Source of the DNA: Candidatus Latescibacterota bacterium
GTDB taxonomy: Bacteria > Latescibacterota > UBA2968 > UBA8231
Direction of reading: 5' to 3'
NCBI GenBank assembly: GCA_965221775.1
Contig: CBDCSU010000004.1
Span: 896,001-960,000, forward strand
DNA length: 64,000 nucleotides
Positions 20,306-29,663 of the stretch are shown in pieces (position 1 is the first letter of the stretch; each line of letters opens with the position of its first letter). The notes below the pieces were generated by a model, which saw only the letters and a list, made by a program, of their open reading frames with translations, did no database searches and was not told the DNA's origin. The translations under genes were made by a program, and so were the position numbers.

Positions 20306-21433
20306 ATGACCAGCGCCACCTCCGCCTCCATCTACGAGCGCCTGGGCCTGCGCACCTTCATCAACGCCCGGGGCACGATCACCACCCTCGGCGGATCGAT
20401 CATGCCGCCCGAGGTCGTGGCCGCCATGGCCGAGGCCTCCCTGAGCTTCGTCCGCCTGGAGGAACTGCACGACCGGGTGGGCGAGCGCATCGCCGGCCTC
20501 ACCGGGGCCGAGGCCGCCTTCGTCTGCGCCGGCGCCGCCAGCGGCATGCTGCTGGCCGGCGCCGCCTGCCTCACCGGCACCGACCCCGAGGCGATCGCCT
20601 CCCTGCCCGACACCGGCGGCCGCCCCAACCGCTTCGTCATCAGCCTCGTGGACAGCCACTTCTACGTGCACCAGGGGTTCCGGGTCTGCGGCGGCGAGCT
20701 GGTCCGGGTCGGGTCCCGGGAGTCGGTCTCGGCGGCCGACTACGAGGCCGCCCTCGACGAGCCCACCGCCGCCGTCGTGTTCTTCCTCGGAAGCCAGCCC
20801 CTGGAGCAGCTGCACGAGATCGTCCCCATCGCCCGCCGGCGCGGCGTTCCGGTCATCGTCGACGCCGCGGCGCAGCTGCCGCCGCGCTCGAACCTGACCG
20901 ATCTGACCACCGGGATCGGCGCCGACCTGGCCGTCTACAGCGGCGGCAAGGGCCTCTTCGGGCCGCAGTCGAGCGGGCTGATCCTCGGCCGCGCCGACCT
21001 CGTGAAGGCGGCCTCCATGAACAGCAATCCGCACTCGGGGGTGGGACGGGGGATGAAGGTCGGCAAGGAGGAGGTGGTGGGCCTGCTGCGGGCGGTGGAG
21101 CTCTTCCTGGAGGCCGACGAGGAGGGCGTGATTGCCGAGTGGGAGCGGCGCTGCCGGGTGGTGGCGGCGGCGGCCGAGGGGATCGACGGGGTCGAGGCGG
21201 AGTACGACCCGCCCTTCAGGAACCGCTTTCCGCCCGCCAGCCCCATCGTGCGCCTGCGCTTCGCCGATCGCGCCCCGGTTCGCGGCCAGGCGGTGATCGC
21301 CGCCCTCGAGCAGGGCGAGCCGTCGATCCTCGTGGGCGGCTCGGAGGACTCGATCTCCGTGGCGCCGCAGACGCTCCAGGAAGGCGAGGCCGAGATCATC
21401 GCCGGGCGCCTGCGCGCCCTCCTGTCGGCCTGA
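20306..21433 (+). CDS. SelA-like / DgaE-family PLP-dependent enzyme
   Basis: IYERLGLRTFINARGTITTLGGS, IVDAAAQLPP, YSGGKGLFGPQSSG (PLP Lys), GRGMKVGKEE. Confidence 0.82.
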   Translation: MTSATSASIYERLGLRTFINARGTITTLGGSIMPPEVVAAMAEASLSFVRLEELHDRVGERIAGLTGAEAAFVCAGAASGMLLAGAACLTGTDPEAIASLPDTGGRPNRFVISLVDSHFYVHQGFRVCGGELVRVGSRESVSAADYEAALDEPTAAVVFFLGSQPLEQLHEIVPIARRRGVPVIVDAAAQLPPRSNLTDLTTGIGADLAVYSGGKGLFGPQSSGLILGRADLVKAASMNSNPHSGVGRGMKVGKEEVVGLLRAVELFLEADEEGVIAEWERRCRVVAAAAEGIDGVEAEYDPPFRNRFPPASPIVRLRFADRAPVRGQAVIAALEQGEPSILVGGSEDSISVAPQTLQEGEAEIIAGRLRALLSA

Positions 21434-21469
21434 GAGCGAGCCCCGGGCGGCCCCGCCGGGAGGCAGGGC

Positions 21470-22480
21470 TTACACGCGCACGCGGCGCCCGCGCTTGACC
21501 GACTCGATCTCGCGCAGGCACAGGCGCAGGCTGTCGCGGGCGCTCACCCCCGACAGCTCCCCGGAGTCCTCGCCGGCGGCGACGGCCCGCACCGCCTCCT
21601 GCAGCTCGCCGACGAAGCCGTCCTTGCGCGCCAGCCGCGGCCGGCGGCTCCTGCCGTCGGCGGTGAGCAGCACCGGGGGCTGTCCCCAGGAGCTGTTGTA
21701 CTTGAGGGCGGCCCTCTCGAAGAACACGTCGTAGCCATGCTCGAAGGGGCAGCCCTGCTGGGACAGCCAGCCGCCGCTGGCGGTCACCTGGGGCCCGCCC
21801 TCGAAGTGGTAGTGGGTGTCGATGTGCTCGACCACGCCGCCCTTGCGGATCACCCCCGCCGAGGTCACCGCCTCGGGCATGCCGAAGAGGAACTGCACGA
21901 AGTCGGCGTCGTGGATGTGCAGGTCGATCGCCGGTCCGCCGGTGCGGTCCAGGTCCTTCGGGTCCCACCAGTCGGGCATGGAGATGACGCGCTTGAAGTC
22001 CGCCGCCAGCACGCGGCCGTGCTCGCCGCCCTCCATCAGCGTCCTGATCAGCCGGAACTCCGGGAAGTACCGCAGGACGTGGGCCACCATCAGCCGCAGG
22101 CCGCGCTTCCGGGCCGCGGCCACCATGCGGTCCGCCTGGCGCAGGTCCAGGGCGATCGGCTTCTCCAGGAAGACGTGCTTGCCCGCCGCCAGGGCGGCCA
22201 GGGTCCACTCGTAGTGCATCGTCGTGGGCAGGCAGATGTCGACCAGATCGACGCTCTCGTCGTCCAGCAGGTCCTCGATGCGGTCGTACGCGGCCACCCG
22301 CCCCAGGTCGTGCACGCCGCCGCCGTCGCCGAAGTTCCCCTGCACGCCGCGCCAGTCGCCCTTCCGCTTCTTCGGGTCCCGGGTGCAGATGGCGGTCACC
22401 TTCGCCCCTTTGACCCGGGCGATCGCCTTGTAGTGGGTGGTGCCCATGAAACCGATGCCGACGATACCGATGCGTACCAT
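21470..22480 (-). CDS. Gfo/Idh/MocA family oxidoreductase
   Basis: IGIVGIGFMG, DICLPT..H, KHVFLEKP, DLHIHD; upstream TTGACA-N18-TATCGT. Confidence 0.9.
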   Translation of the reverse strand: MVRIGIVGIGFMGTTHYKAIARVKGAKVTAICTRDPKKRKGDWRGVQGNFGDGGGVHDLGRVAAYDRIEDLLDDESVDLVDICLPTTMHYEWTLAALAAGKHVFLEKPIALDLRQADRMVAAARKRGLRLMVAHVLRYFPEFRLIRTLMEGGEHGRVLAADFKRVISMPDWWDPKDLDRTGGPAIDLHIHDADFVQFLFGMPEAVTSAGVIRKGGVVEHIDTHYHFEGGPQVTASGGWLSQQGCPFEHGYDVFFERAALKYNSSWGQPPVLLTADGRSRRPRLARKDGFVGELQEAVRAVAAGEDSGELSGVSARDSLRLCLREIESVKRGRRVRV

Positions 22481-22544
22481 GGAGTCTCTCCCGTTGGGGC
22501 GGCTACGATAGCCGGGCCCCGGAAAATGTGTCAAGGCACCCGCC

Positions 22545-25500
22545 TCAGCGGGGCACGACGGCGATCTTCAGGCGCCGCACGCGGTCCTCGTGCTCCACGT
22601 GCACGAGGTAGATGCCGGCGGCGACCCTGGCTCCGGAAGGGTTGAGGCCGGTCCAGTTGAGCCCCCCGTCGCCGTCCTCCTCGCGGCCCTTCCAGACAAG
22701 CTCCCCCGCGAAGGTGAAGACCCGCACCTCCGACTCCCGGGGCAGGCCCGCGAGGGTCAGCTCGCCGGCGGCGGGATCGAAGGGGTTGGGATAGGCTTGG
22801 ACCTCCTCGAGGCGGTCGACGGCGACGCGCACCAGGGTCCGCACCCGCAGCGGCCGCCCGAGGCCGTCCCGCAGCCCCCACACCTCGACCTCCCAGGCAC
22901 GGCCCCGGGCCAGGAGACGGGTCCCCCGGGGCAGGACCAGCCGCACCGTGCGGTCGTCCTCCCCCGCCTCGATCCTGTCGATCACGAGGCGGCCGTCGAC
23001 CACGGCCCGGGCCTCCCCCGGCGGCGAGAGGGGCCCGTCGAAGCGCAGCCGGATCGTCGCGGGATCCGCCAGGACCGCCTCCACCAGCCGCGCCGCGGGG
23101 TCCACCGGAGCCAGGCGCAGGGAGGCCGTCCGCGGCCCCCGGAGGCCCACGAGCCCACCCCGCGCCGAACGCACCCCCGCGGCTTCGAGCTGCACCGTGC
23201 CGCTGTCGGGCAGGGCCCGGTCGAGGAAGAGGATCAGCCGCCTGGCGCCCTGGTCGAGCACCCCCTGCCGCGGCCGGGCGGCCTCGGGGATCAGCCGCCA
23301 GCGGTGGACCTGGGCCGCCTCCGGGGCCATGGGCTGGTCGAACCGGACCTCCAGCTGGCGGGGGGCGGCGTGCAGGACGCCGACGATGACCGGACCCTCC
23401 CGGGGTTCGGCGGCCAGCACCCGGGAGCTCTCGCCGCGGCGGCCCTCCGAGTCGATGGCCGCCACCTGGTACGCATAGGACCGGCCGGGAGCGAGTCCGG
23501 AATCGACGTGGGCGAAGCGGCGCGGCCCGGCTGCGACCCTGGCGACGACGGAATCGTCCCGGGTCGCCTCGTAGCCGGAGGCTCCGGGCACCTCCTCCCA
23601 CCTCAGCTCCACGCGGTCTCGCGCCAGGGACAGGGCCTGCCACCCGGGAGGCGCCCCGAGCCGGCCGGGAGCCGCCGTCCACGAGAGGCCGCGGATGGCC
23701 CCGTCGAGAGCGTTGAAGTACAGCTCGCTGCCGCCGTCGCCGTCGGCGTCTCCCGCCGCCGGCCGCCAGGTCGCCCCCGCCTCGGCGTGCCACACCACCT
23801 CGAAGCCGCCGGCGCCGTCGGCGCGGAACACGTACAGGTGGGGCACCAGGGAGGCGATCCACTCCACCTGCCCGTCGCCGTCGAGGTCGGCCACGGCGAT
23901 CCCCGCCCCCTGGGAGGAAGCGGCCAGCACCTCCCCTTCCCACTCCTTGCGGTAGTCGTCGTCGCCGGCGGCCCCGTACACCGACAGCCGCCAGCGGCGG
24001 CCCTCCACGTCGAAGGGATCGCGGCGCAGCCGGCCGACGACGAACTCGGCCTCCCCGTCCCCGTCGAGGTCGGCGCCGCCGCCCACCAGCCGGCCGTCGA
24101 CGAACTCCTCCTCCTCCAGCGACCGCCAGGTCCGGCGGTAGGCGTCGTCGGCCCCGGCCTCGAAGACCAGCAAGTCGCCGTCGCTGTCCCCGGCCAGCAG
24201 CTCCCCGCGCCCGTCGCCGTCGAGGTCCGCCGCCACCTGTCGCGGGCCGAACTCGTTGCCCCCCGGGGTGTCGTTCACCAGCGCCGCGGTCTCGGCGTAG
24301 TCGTCGTCGCCGCGGCCCTCGAAGACCCGGAACAGCTCGGCCGTGGCCGAGCGCAGGAACATCTCCGGGCGGCCGTCGGCGTCGGCGTCGAGGACCTCCC
24401 CGCCCCAGACGTCGCGGACGGCCCAGGCCCTGCGGGCCGGGTACTGGCCGGGCGCCCGCTGCTCGAAGAGACGGACCCTGCGGGCGTCGACGGCCATGAG
24501 CTCCGAAAGGCCGTCGCCGTCGAGGTCGTGACGGCCCCAGGGGATGAACCGGCTCGCCGTCGAGTGCGCGGGCGCCGACTCGCCCCACTCGAAGAAGGAG
24601 GTGGGGGCATAGGTCCCGTCCCCGGCGTGGACCATGGCCACCACCTCGCGGCGGCCGTCGTCGTCGAAGTCGGTGAGCCCGGGCATCAGGTAGCCCCCGG
24701 GCAGGCCGGGGCCGGAGCGGGGATTGGAGCGGTCCACCGCCCCGGGCCGCACGATCAGGCTGTCGCGGACCTGTACGCCCTGCCCGTCGGTGGAGAGGCG
24801 CACCTCGTAGGCGCCGGGGGGCACGTCGGAGGGCAGGGTGAGGGTCTGATCGAGGCGGCCGGGCGGCGCCGGGAGCCGCAGGACCCGTTCCCCGGCGGAA
24901 CGCAGCTCGAGAGCACCCGCCGACGGACGATCGGTGCTCCAGGAGACCAGGTCGCGCCACCGGGGCCCCTGGAGGGCTCGCACCAGGGACCAGCGCAGGA
25001 CCTGCGCCCCCGCCGCCGCCAGGCGCACCGCCACCCGCCGGGAGTGCTCCCGCGGCCCCTCCCGCACCGTGGCCCGAAGGGTATAGGTCCCCGGGGCCAG
25101 GTCGGCCGTCGACCAGCGCACGGCCGAGTCGCGGGGGCCCTCCCAGATGCGGGCGTCCACGGGGTGCCACCGGTCGGGGCTCTCGCCGGACCCCCATTCC
25201 AGGCGCAGCTCCAGGCCCGGGGCGCCGGCCACCTCCAGCTCCACCGCGGCGGCGGGATGGCCGACCGGCCGCGGCGGCGACGGGGCCCGGAATCCGACGG
25301 CCAGGGGCGGCTCGGTGCCGGCCGGGGGGATCTGCAGCAGGCCGTGGCCGGTGGCCGCGTCCCACCCGGGCTCCGAGCCCGCGTCGCGGGCGGCCCCGGC
25401 GAGGACGCCGAGGACCTGCAGCGGCGTGTACCCGGGGTGGCGGGCCAGGACCAGGGCGGCGGCCCCCGCCACGTGGGGAGCGGCCATGGAGGTGCCCGAC

Positions 25501-26729
25501 AGGGCGCTGTACCCGCCCCCCGGACCGGTGCTGTGAATCGCCACCCCGGGGGCGGCCAGGTCGATGCTCGCGCCGAAGTTGGAGAACGCCGCGGCGGCGC
25601 CGTCGCGGCCGGCGGCGGCGACGGCGATCGTGCCCGGCAGCCGCGCCGGGTAGAACACCTCGGAGGAGGCCTCGTTGCCGGCGGCGGCCACCACCACCAC
25701 CCCCCGCCCGAGGGCGAAGCGGACGGCGTCGTCGATCAGCGGCGAGTAGGCCGGATCTCCGAAGCTCAGGTTGAGCACGTCGGCCCCGCTGCGCACCGCG
25801 TAGACGATGGCCGCGGCGATGTCGTCGTCCTGCAGGTACCCGGCCTCGCCGATGACCAGGCCCGCCCTCAGAGGCATCACCCGGGCACCGGGGGCCACGC
25901 CGGCGATGCCCTCGCCGTTGCCGGCGGCGGCGGCGGCGACCCCGGCCACGTGGGTCCCGTGCCCGGAGTCGTCGGCCGGGTCGGGGTCGCGCTCGAGGTA
26001 GTCGCCGGTGCCCGGCAGCCCCGGGGCGTCGGTGAAGTCCCAGCCGGCCACGTCGTCGACATAGCCGTTGCCGTCGTCGTCGAGGCCCGGCTCCCCCAGG
26101 GCCTCGGCGGGGTTGCGCCAGATCCGGTCCCGCAGGTCCGGGTGGCCGGCGTCGATCCCCGAGTCGACGACGGCGATCAGCACCCCCTCGGCCGAGCCCG
26201 GATCGCCGGCGCGCCAGCCGATCGCCTCGAGCCCCCACTGCTCGTCGAGGAGGGGGTCGTCGGTGCCGAAGTCGGCGGTCCTGCGCAGGTAGTTGGGCTG
26301 CGCCGCGTCGACGGCGGAGACCCGGCCGTAACGCTCGGCGAGGTCGGAGGCGGGAAGGCTGCTGTCGAAGCGCAGTACCGACCATCGGGTGAGGGCGGCC
26401 TCCTCCGGCGCCGGGGCGGCCCTGCGGGCCGCGGCGGGAGGCAGGGGCAGCAGCGGCGTCCGCGAACGCAGGCCGAGGGCCTCGTTCAGGGAGTCGAGCT
26501 GCGCCGCCGGCCCGGGCCCGAGAGGCCGCGCCGCGGCGGCGCGCCAGCGGACCAGCACCTCGCCGGGGGTGAGCGCCGGCGCCGGCGACGCGGAGGCGGA
26601 GAGCGGCAGGGACGTGAGAGCGAGGACCGCCAGGGCGGCGCGGCGGGCGGCGGCGCCCGCCGGGGCGGCGGGTCTGCAGGGGGGGCCGCCGGCGGCGCGA
26701 GGCCGGCGGAGGCCGCGCGGCACCTCCAC
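22545..26729 (-). CDS. Secreted S8 subtilase with FG-GAP/VCBS repeats, Fn3/Ig-like domains and a FlgD/T9SS-like C-terminal domain (about 1390 aa)
   Basis: Signal peptide; catalytic IAVVDSG, HGTHVAG, SGTSMAAPHVAG; several DLDGDG..E repeats; C-terminal AYPNPFDP...VFTFAGELVW...VAAGIYLV; start approximate. Confidence 0.87.
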   Translation of the reverse strand: MEVPRGLRRPRAAGGPPCRPAAPAGAAARRAALAVLALTSLPLSASASPAPALTPGEVLVRWRAAAARPLGPGPAAQLDSLNEALGLRSRTPLLPLPPAAARRAAPAPEEAALTRWSVLRFDSSLPASDLAERYGRVSAVDAAQPNYLRRTADFGTDDPLLDEQWGLEAIGWRAGDPGSAEGVLIAVVDSGIDAGHPDLRDRIWRNPAEALGEPGLDDDGNGYVDDVAGWDFTDAPGLPGTGDYLERDPDPADDSGHGTHVAGVAAAAAGNGEGIAGVAPGARVMPLRAGLVIGEAGYLQDDDIAAAIVYAVRSGADVLNLSFGDPAYSPLIDDAVRFALGRGVVVVAAAGNEASSEVFYPARLPGTIAVAAAGRDGAAAAFSNFGASIDLAAPGVAIHSTGPGGGYSALSGTSMAAPHVAGAAALVLARHPGYTPLQVLGVLAGAARDAGSEPGWDAATGHGLLQIPPAGTEPPLAVGFRAPSPPRPVGHPAAAVELEVAGAPGLELRLEWGSGESPDRWHPVDARIWEGPRDSAVRWSTADLAPGTYTLRATVREGPREHSRRVAVRLAAAGAQVLRWSLVRALQGPRWRDLVSWSTDRPSAGALELRSAGERVLRLPAPPGRLDQTLTLPSDVPPGAYEVRLSTDGQGVQVRDSLIVRPGAVDRSNPRSGPGLPGGYLMPGLTDFDDDGRREVVAMVHAGDGTYAPTSFFEWGESAPAHSTASRFIPWGRHDLDGDGLSELMAVDARRVRLFEQRAPGQYPARRAWAVRDVWGGEVLDADADGRPEMFLRSATAELFRVFEGRGDDDYAETAALVNDTPGGNEFGPRQVAADLDGDGRGELLAGDSDGDLLVFEAGADDAYRRTWRSLEEEEFVDGRLVGGGADLDGDGEAEFVVGRLRRDPFDVEGRRWRLSVYGAAGDDDYRKEWEGEVLAASSQGAGIAVADLDGDGQVEWIASLVPHLYVFRADGAGGFEVVWHAEAGATWRPAAGDADGDGGSELYFNALDGAIRGLSWTAAPGRLGAPPGWQALSLARDRVELRWEEVPGASGYEATRDDSVVARVAAGPRRFAHVDSGLAPGRSYAYQVAAIDSEGRRGESSRVLAAEPREGPVIVGVLHAAPRQLEVRFDQPMAPEAAQVHRWRLIPEAARPRQGVLDQGARRLILFLDRALPDSGTVQLEAAGVRSARGGLVGLRGPRTASLRLAPVDPAARLVEAVLADPATIRLRFDGPLSPPGEARAVVDGRLVIDRIEAGEDDRTVRLVLPRGTRLLARGRAWEVEVWGLRDGLGRPLRVRTLVRVAVDRLEEVQAYPNPFDPAAGELTLAGLPRESEVRVFTFAGELVWKGREEDGDGGLNWTGLNPSGARVAAGIYLVHVEHEDRVRRLKIAVVPR

Positions 26730-26734
26730 GGCCC

Positions 26735-27274
26735 CTAGTCGATCAACCGGAGGAACTCCGCCCGGGTCTGGCCGTGGTCGCGGAAGGCGCCGAGCATGCA
26801 GGAGGTCGCCATGCGCGAGTTCTGCTTCTCCACGCCGCGCATCATCATGCACAGGTGGCTGGCCTCGATGACGACGCCGGCCCCGCGGGGCTCGACGAGT
26901 TCCATGACCGACTCGGCGATCTGGGCCGTCAGGTTCTCCTGGATCTGCAGGCGGCGGGCGAAGAGGTCGACGAGGCGCGCCACCTTGGAGACGCCGATGA
27001 TCCTCCCCTTGGGCAGATACCCCACGTGACAGCGGCCGAAGAAGGGCAGCAGGTGGTGCTCGCACAGGGAGTAGACCTCGATGTCGCGGATGATGACCAT
27101 GTCGTCCCGGGGGCTCGCGAACACCGCCGAGCCGACGACCTCGGCCGGACTCCCGGCGTACCCGCTGGTGAGAAACTCGAAGGCCCGGGCGGCCCTCCGG
27201 GGCGTGCCGGCGAGTCCCGGGCGGTCCGGGTCCTCACCCACTGCCTCGATCAACCGCCGGTAGTGTTCCTCCAT
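26735..27274 (-). CDS. folE: GTP cyclohydrolase I
   Basis: [53 protein letters not shown]. Confidence 0.95.
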   Translation of the reverse strand: MEEHYRRLIEAVGEDPDRPGLAGTPRRAARAFEFLTSGYAGSPAEVVGSAVFASPRDDMVIIRDIEVYSLCEHHLLPFFGRCHVGYLPKGRIIGVSKVARLVDLFARRLQIQENLTAQIAESVMELVEPRGAGVVIEASHLCMMMRGVEKQNSRMATSCMLGAFRDHGQTRAEFLRLID

Positions 27275-27402
27275 CTTCCCCTCCCGCTCCCGCGGCCAGG
27301 CCGGGCGCCGCGTTGACCGGCCAGGCGGCGGCCGTATCTTCGCTGTTCAAGCGCGCCGGCGAGCCCGGCGTCACCCGATGCCCAGCAACTCGGAGCCCGG
27401 TC

Positions 27403-27735
27403 ATGACAACATTCGATCTGACGGCCCGGACCTGCAAGCCCTGCGAAGGCGGGGTTCCGCCGATGACGGAGGCGGAGATCCAGGCCCTGCTGCCGAAGGT
27501 GGAGGGCTGGTCCGTGTCCGACGGACACCTGGAGCGCAGCTTCCGCTTCGGCAACTACTACCAGACGATCTCCTTCGTGAACGCCGTGGCCTGGGTGTCC
27601 AACCAGGAGAACCACCACCCGGTGATGGACGTCGGCTTCCGTCAGTGCACGGTGAAGTTCTGGACCCACGCCATCGACGGGCTCTCCGAGAACGACTTCA
27701 TCTGCGCCGCCAAGATCAGCCGGCTCACGGACTGA
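27403..27735 (+). CDS. phhB: Pterin-4a-carbinolamine dehydratase
   Basis: CKPCEGGVPP, ENHHP, WTHAIDGLSENDFICAAKI; upstream TTGACC-N16-TATCTT. Confidence 0.9.
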   Translation: MTTFDLTARTCKPCEGGVPPMTEAEIQALLPKVEGWSVSDGHLERSFRFGNYYQTISFVNAVAWVSNQENHHPVMDVGFRQCTVKFWTHAIDGLSENDFICAAKISRLTD

Positions 27736-27757
27736 GGCCGCCCGAACCGCCGGCTCC

Positions 27758-28444
27758 TTGCAGCTCTCCGAGATCTTCACCAGCCTCCAGGGCGAGGGGC
27801 GCTACGCCGGCCACCCCAGCCTCTTCGTCCGCACCTCGGGCTGCAACCTGCGCTGCGCCTGGTGCGACACCCCCTACACCTCCTGGCACAGCGACGGCCG
27901 CCTCGTGGACGTGGAGAGCGTCCTCGCCGAGACCGAGGTCTGGCGCGACGTGGAGCACGCCGTCGTCACCGGCGGCGAGCCGATGCTGCAGCCCGACCTG
28001 CCGCGCCTGGTGGAGGGGTTGAGCGAGCGCGGCCACCTGGTCACCATCGAGACCGCGGCGACGCGCTTCATCGACGGGCTGCGCCCCCACCTCTTCAGCC
28101 TCTCGCCGAAGCTGGCCAACAGCCGGCCCGGCGCCGGGCACCCCGCCGAACGGCGCCTCCACGACGGCAACAACCGCCACGACCTGATCCCGCGCTTCCT
28201 CGACGCCGGGTGCCAAGTGCAGGTGAAGTACGTCGTCCAGGGACCCGCGGACCTTCCGGAGATCCTCGAGCACGTGGAGCGCTGGCGGATCCCGCGCAAC
28301 CTCGTCTATCTCATGCCGGAAGGCGTGAGCCGCGAGGTCCTGTCGGAGCGCAGCCGGGTGGTGGCCGGCATCTGCCGCGACGAGGGCTTCCGCTTCACCG
28401 GCCGCATGCACATCGAGCTGTGGGGCCACACCCGGGGCACGTGA
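27758..28444 (+). CDS. queE: 7-carboxy-7-deazaguanine synthase (radical SAM)
   Basis: EIFTSLQGEG, FVRTSGCNLRCAWCDTPY, VTGGEPMLQ, SLSPKL, RMHIELWG; TTG start. Confidence 0.88.
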   Translation: MQLSEIFTSLQGEGRYAGHPSLFVRTSGCNLRCAWCDTPYTSWHSDGRLVDVESVLAETEVWRDVEHAVVTGGEPMLQPDLPRLVEGLSERGHLVTIETAATRFIDGLRPHLFSLSPKLANSRPGAGHPAERRLHDGNNRHDLIPRFLDAGCQVQVKYVVQGPADLPEILEHVERWRIPRNLVYLMPEGVSREVLSERSRVVAGICRDEGFRFTGRMHIELWGHTRGT

Positions 28445-28514
28445 TCCGGACGGGGACCGGGCCTCCGTGCGGCGGCGAGTCGCGCCTCCCCGGCCGGTCG
28501 CCTTTCTTTCGGTC

Positions 28515-29663
28515 ATGACCCGTCCCTACGGCGTTCTCCTCGTCAGCTTCAGCCGCCACAGCCACCAGACCAGCTTCGTCCCCCTCTACCAGGCCCACCC
28601 GCGGACCCGGATCGTCGCCGTCGCCGACGACGACGGCGAGATCGACGAGCCCCTCCGCCAGGTCAACCGCCGCTGGGCGCGGGAACTCGGCGTCCCCTAC
28701 CTGCCCACGGTCGAGGACGGCCTGCGGCGCGGCGACGTCGACATCGTCAGCATCGCCCACGAGATCGAGCGCCGGTCGGACTTCGCCGTGCGCGCCGCCG
28801 GCGCCGGCAAGCACCTCTGGATCGACAAGTTCATGGGCGCCACCGTCGACGAGTGCGACGCCGTGGTCGACGCCGTGGCCGCCGCCGGGGTGCGCGCCCT
28901 CGTGCCCAGCTTCCACTACGGCTCCCTCGTGAGCCACGCCCTCCAGGCCCTGCGCGACGATCCGGTGGGGGAGCTGCTCGGCGTCCACGTGGACGCCATG
29001 TTCTCCAAGGGGTGGCCGCGCCCGATCGCCGACGAGGAGCGCCGCCCCTTCCGCCCCGCGGGACGGTGGAAGTTCGACGAGGTCAAGCGCGAGTTGCTCA
29101 CCGTGGGCTCCTACGCCGTCGGCCTCGTGCAGGCCTGCCTCGACCAGCCCGTGGCCCGGGTCGCGGGCCACGGGGGCGCCTTCTTCTTCCCCGAGCACGC
29201 CCGCACCGGCACCGAGGACTTCGGCACCCTCGCCATGAGCGACGCCGCCGGCCGCTGCGCCACGATCTGCGGCGGCCGCATCGGCGTGGCCACCCATCCC
29301 GCCGGGGGCCCTTTGCGGGCCGTCCTCGTCGGCTCCCGGGGGACCGTCAGCATCGACGCCAAGAGGCCCGCGGCGCAGGCCTTCCTGCGGCCCGAGATCG
29401 TCGCCACCCGCTACGAGCCGAACCCCGAGGACTGGATGCAGTGGGCCAGCGGCCCCCCCGTCCTGCAGCCTTCCCTGGCCCCCGATACGGCGGGTCTGGC
29501 CGCCGGCCTGGAGGAGCTGGTGAGCGCCCTCGACGAGGACCGCGAGCCGTCGTACCCCGTCTCCCGGGCCCGCGACAACATGGAGATCCTGCTGGCCGGG
29601 TACCGGTCGATCTGCGAGGGCGGCGCCGTCGTCGACCTGCCGCTGGCCAGGGGGAAAGCCTGA
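28515..29663 (+). CDS. Divergent Gfo/Idh/MocA family oxidoreductase
   Basis: VAVADD, DVDIVSI, GKHLWIDKF (EKP-equivalent), EDFG, ARDNMEILLAGYRS. Confidence 0.75.
   Translation: MTRPYGVLLVSFSRHSHQTSFVPLYQAHPRTRIVAVADDDGEIDEPLRQVNRRWARELGVPYLPTVEDGLRRGDVDIVSIAHEIERRSDFAVRAAGAGKHLWIDKFMGATVDECDAVVDAVAAAGVRALVPSFHYGSLVSHALQALRDDPVGELLGVHVDAMFSKGWPRPIADEERRPFRPAGRWKFDEVKRELLTVGSYAVGLVQACLDQPVARVAGHGGAFFFPEHARTGTEDFGTLAMSDAAGRCATICGGRIGVATHPAGGPLRAVLVGSRGTVSIDAKRPAAQAFLRPEIVATRYEPNPEDWMQWASGPPVLQPSLAPDTAGLAAGLEELVSALDEDREPSYPVSRARDNMEILLAGYRSICEGGAVVDLPLARGKA

Noticed and set aside
20306-21433. True selenocysteine synthase SelA
   Set aside because: Shorter than SelA, lacks its N-terminal domain and has no sel gene context; fits the SelA-like/DgaE group better
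20131-21465. Similar GC hairpins (CCGGGGCGGCCCCGG-like) after groEL and after the SelA-like gene, as a REP family
   Set aside because: Only two short imperfect copies; not distinguishable from chance at this GC content
26735-28444. 7-deazaguanine DNA-modification (dpd) system suggested by folE + queE
   Set aside because: No dpdA/tgt-like, queC, queD or dpdB-K genes nearby; the helicase trio is 20 kb away and unlinked
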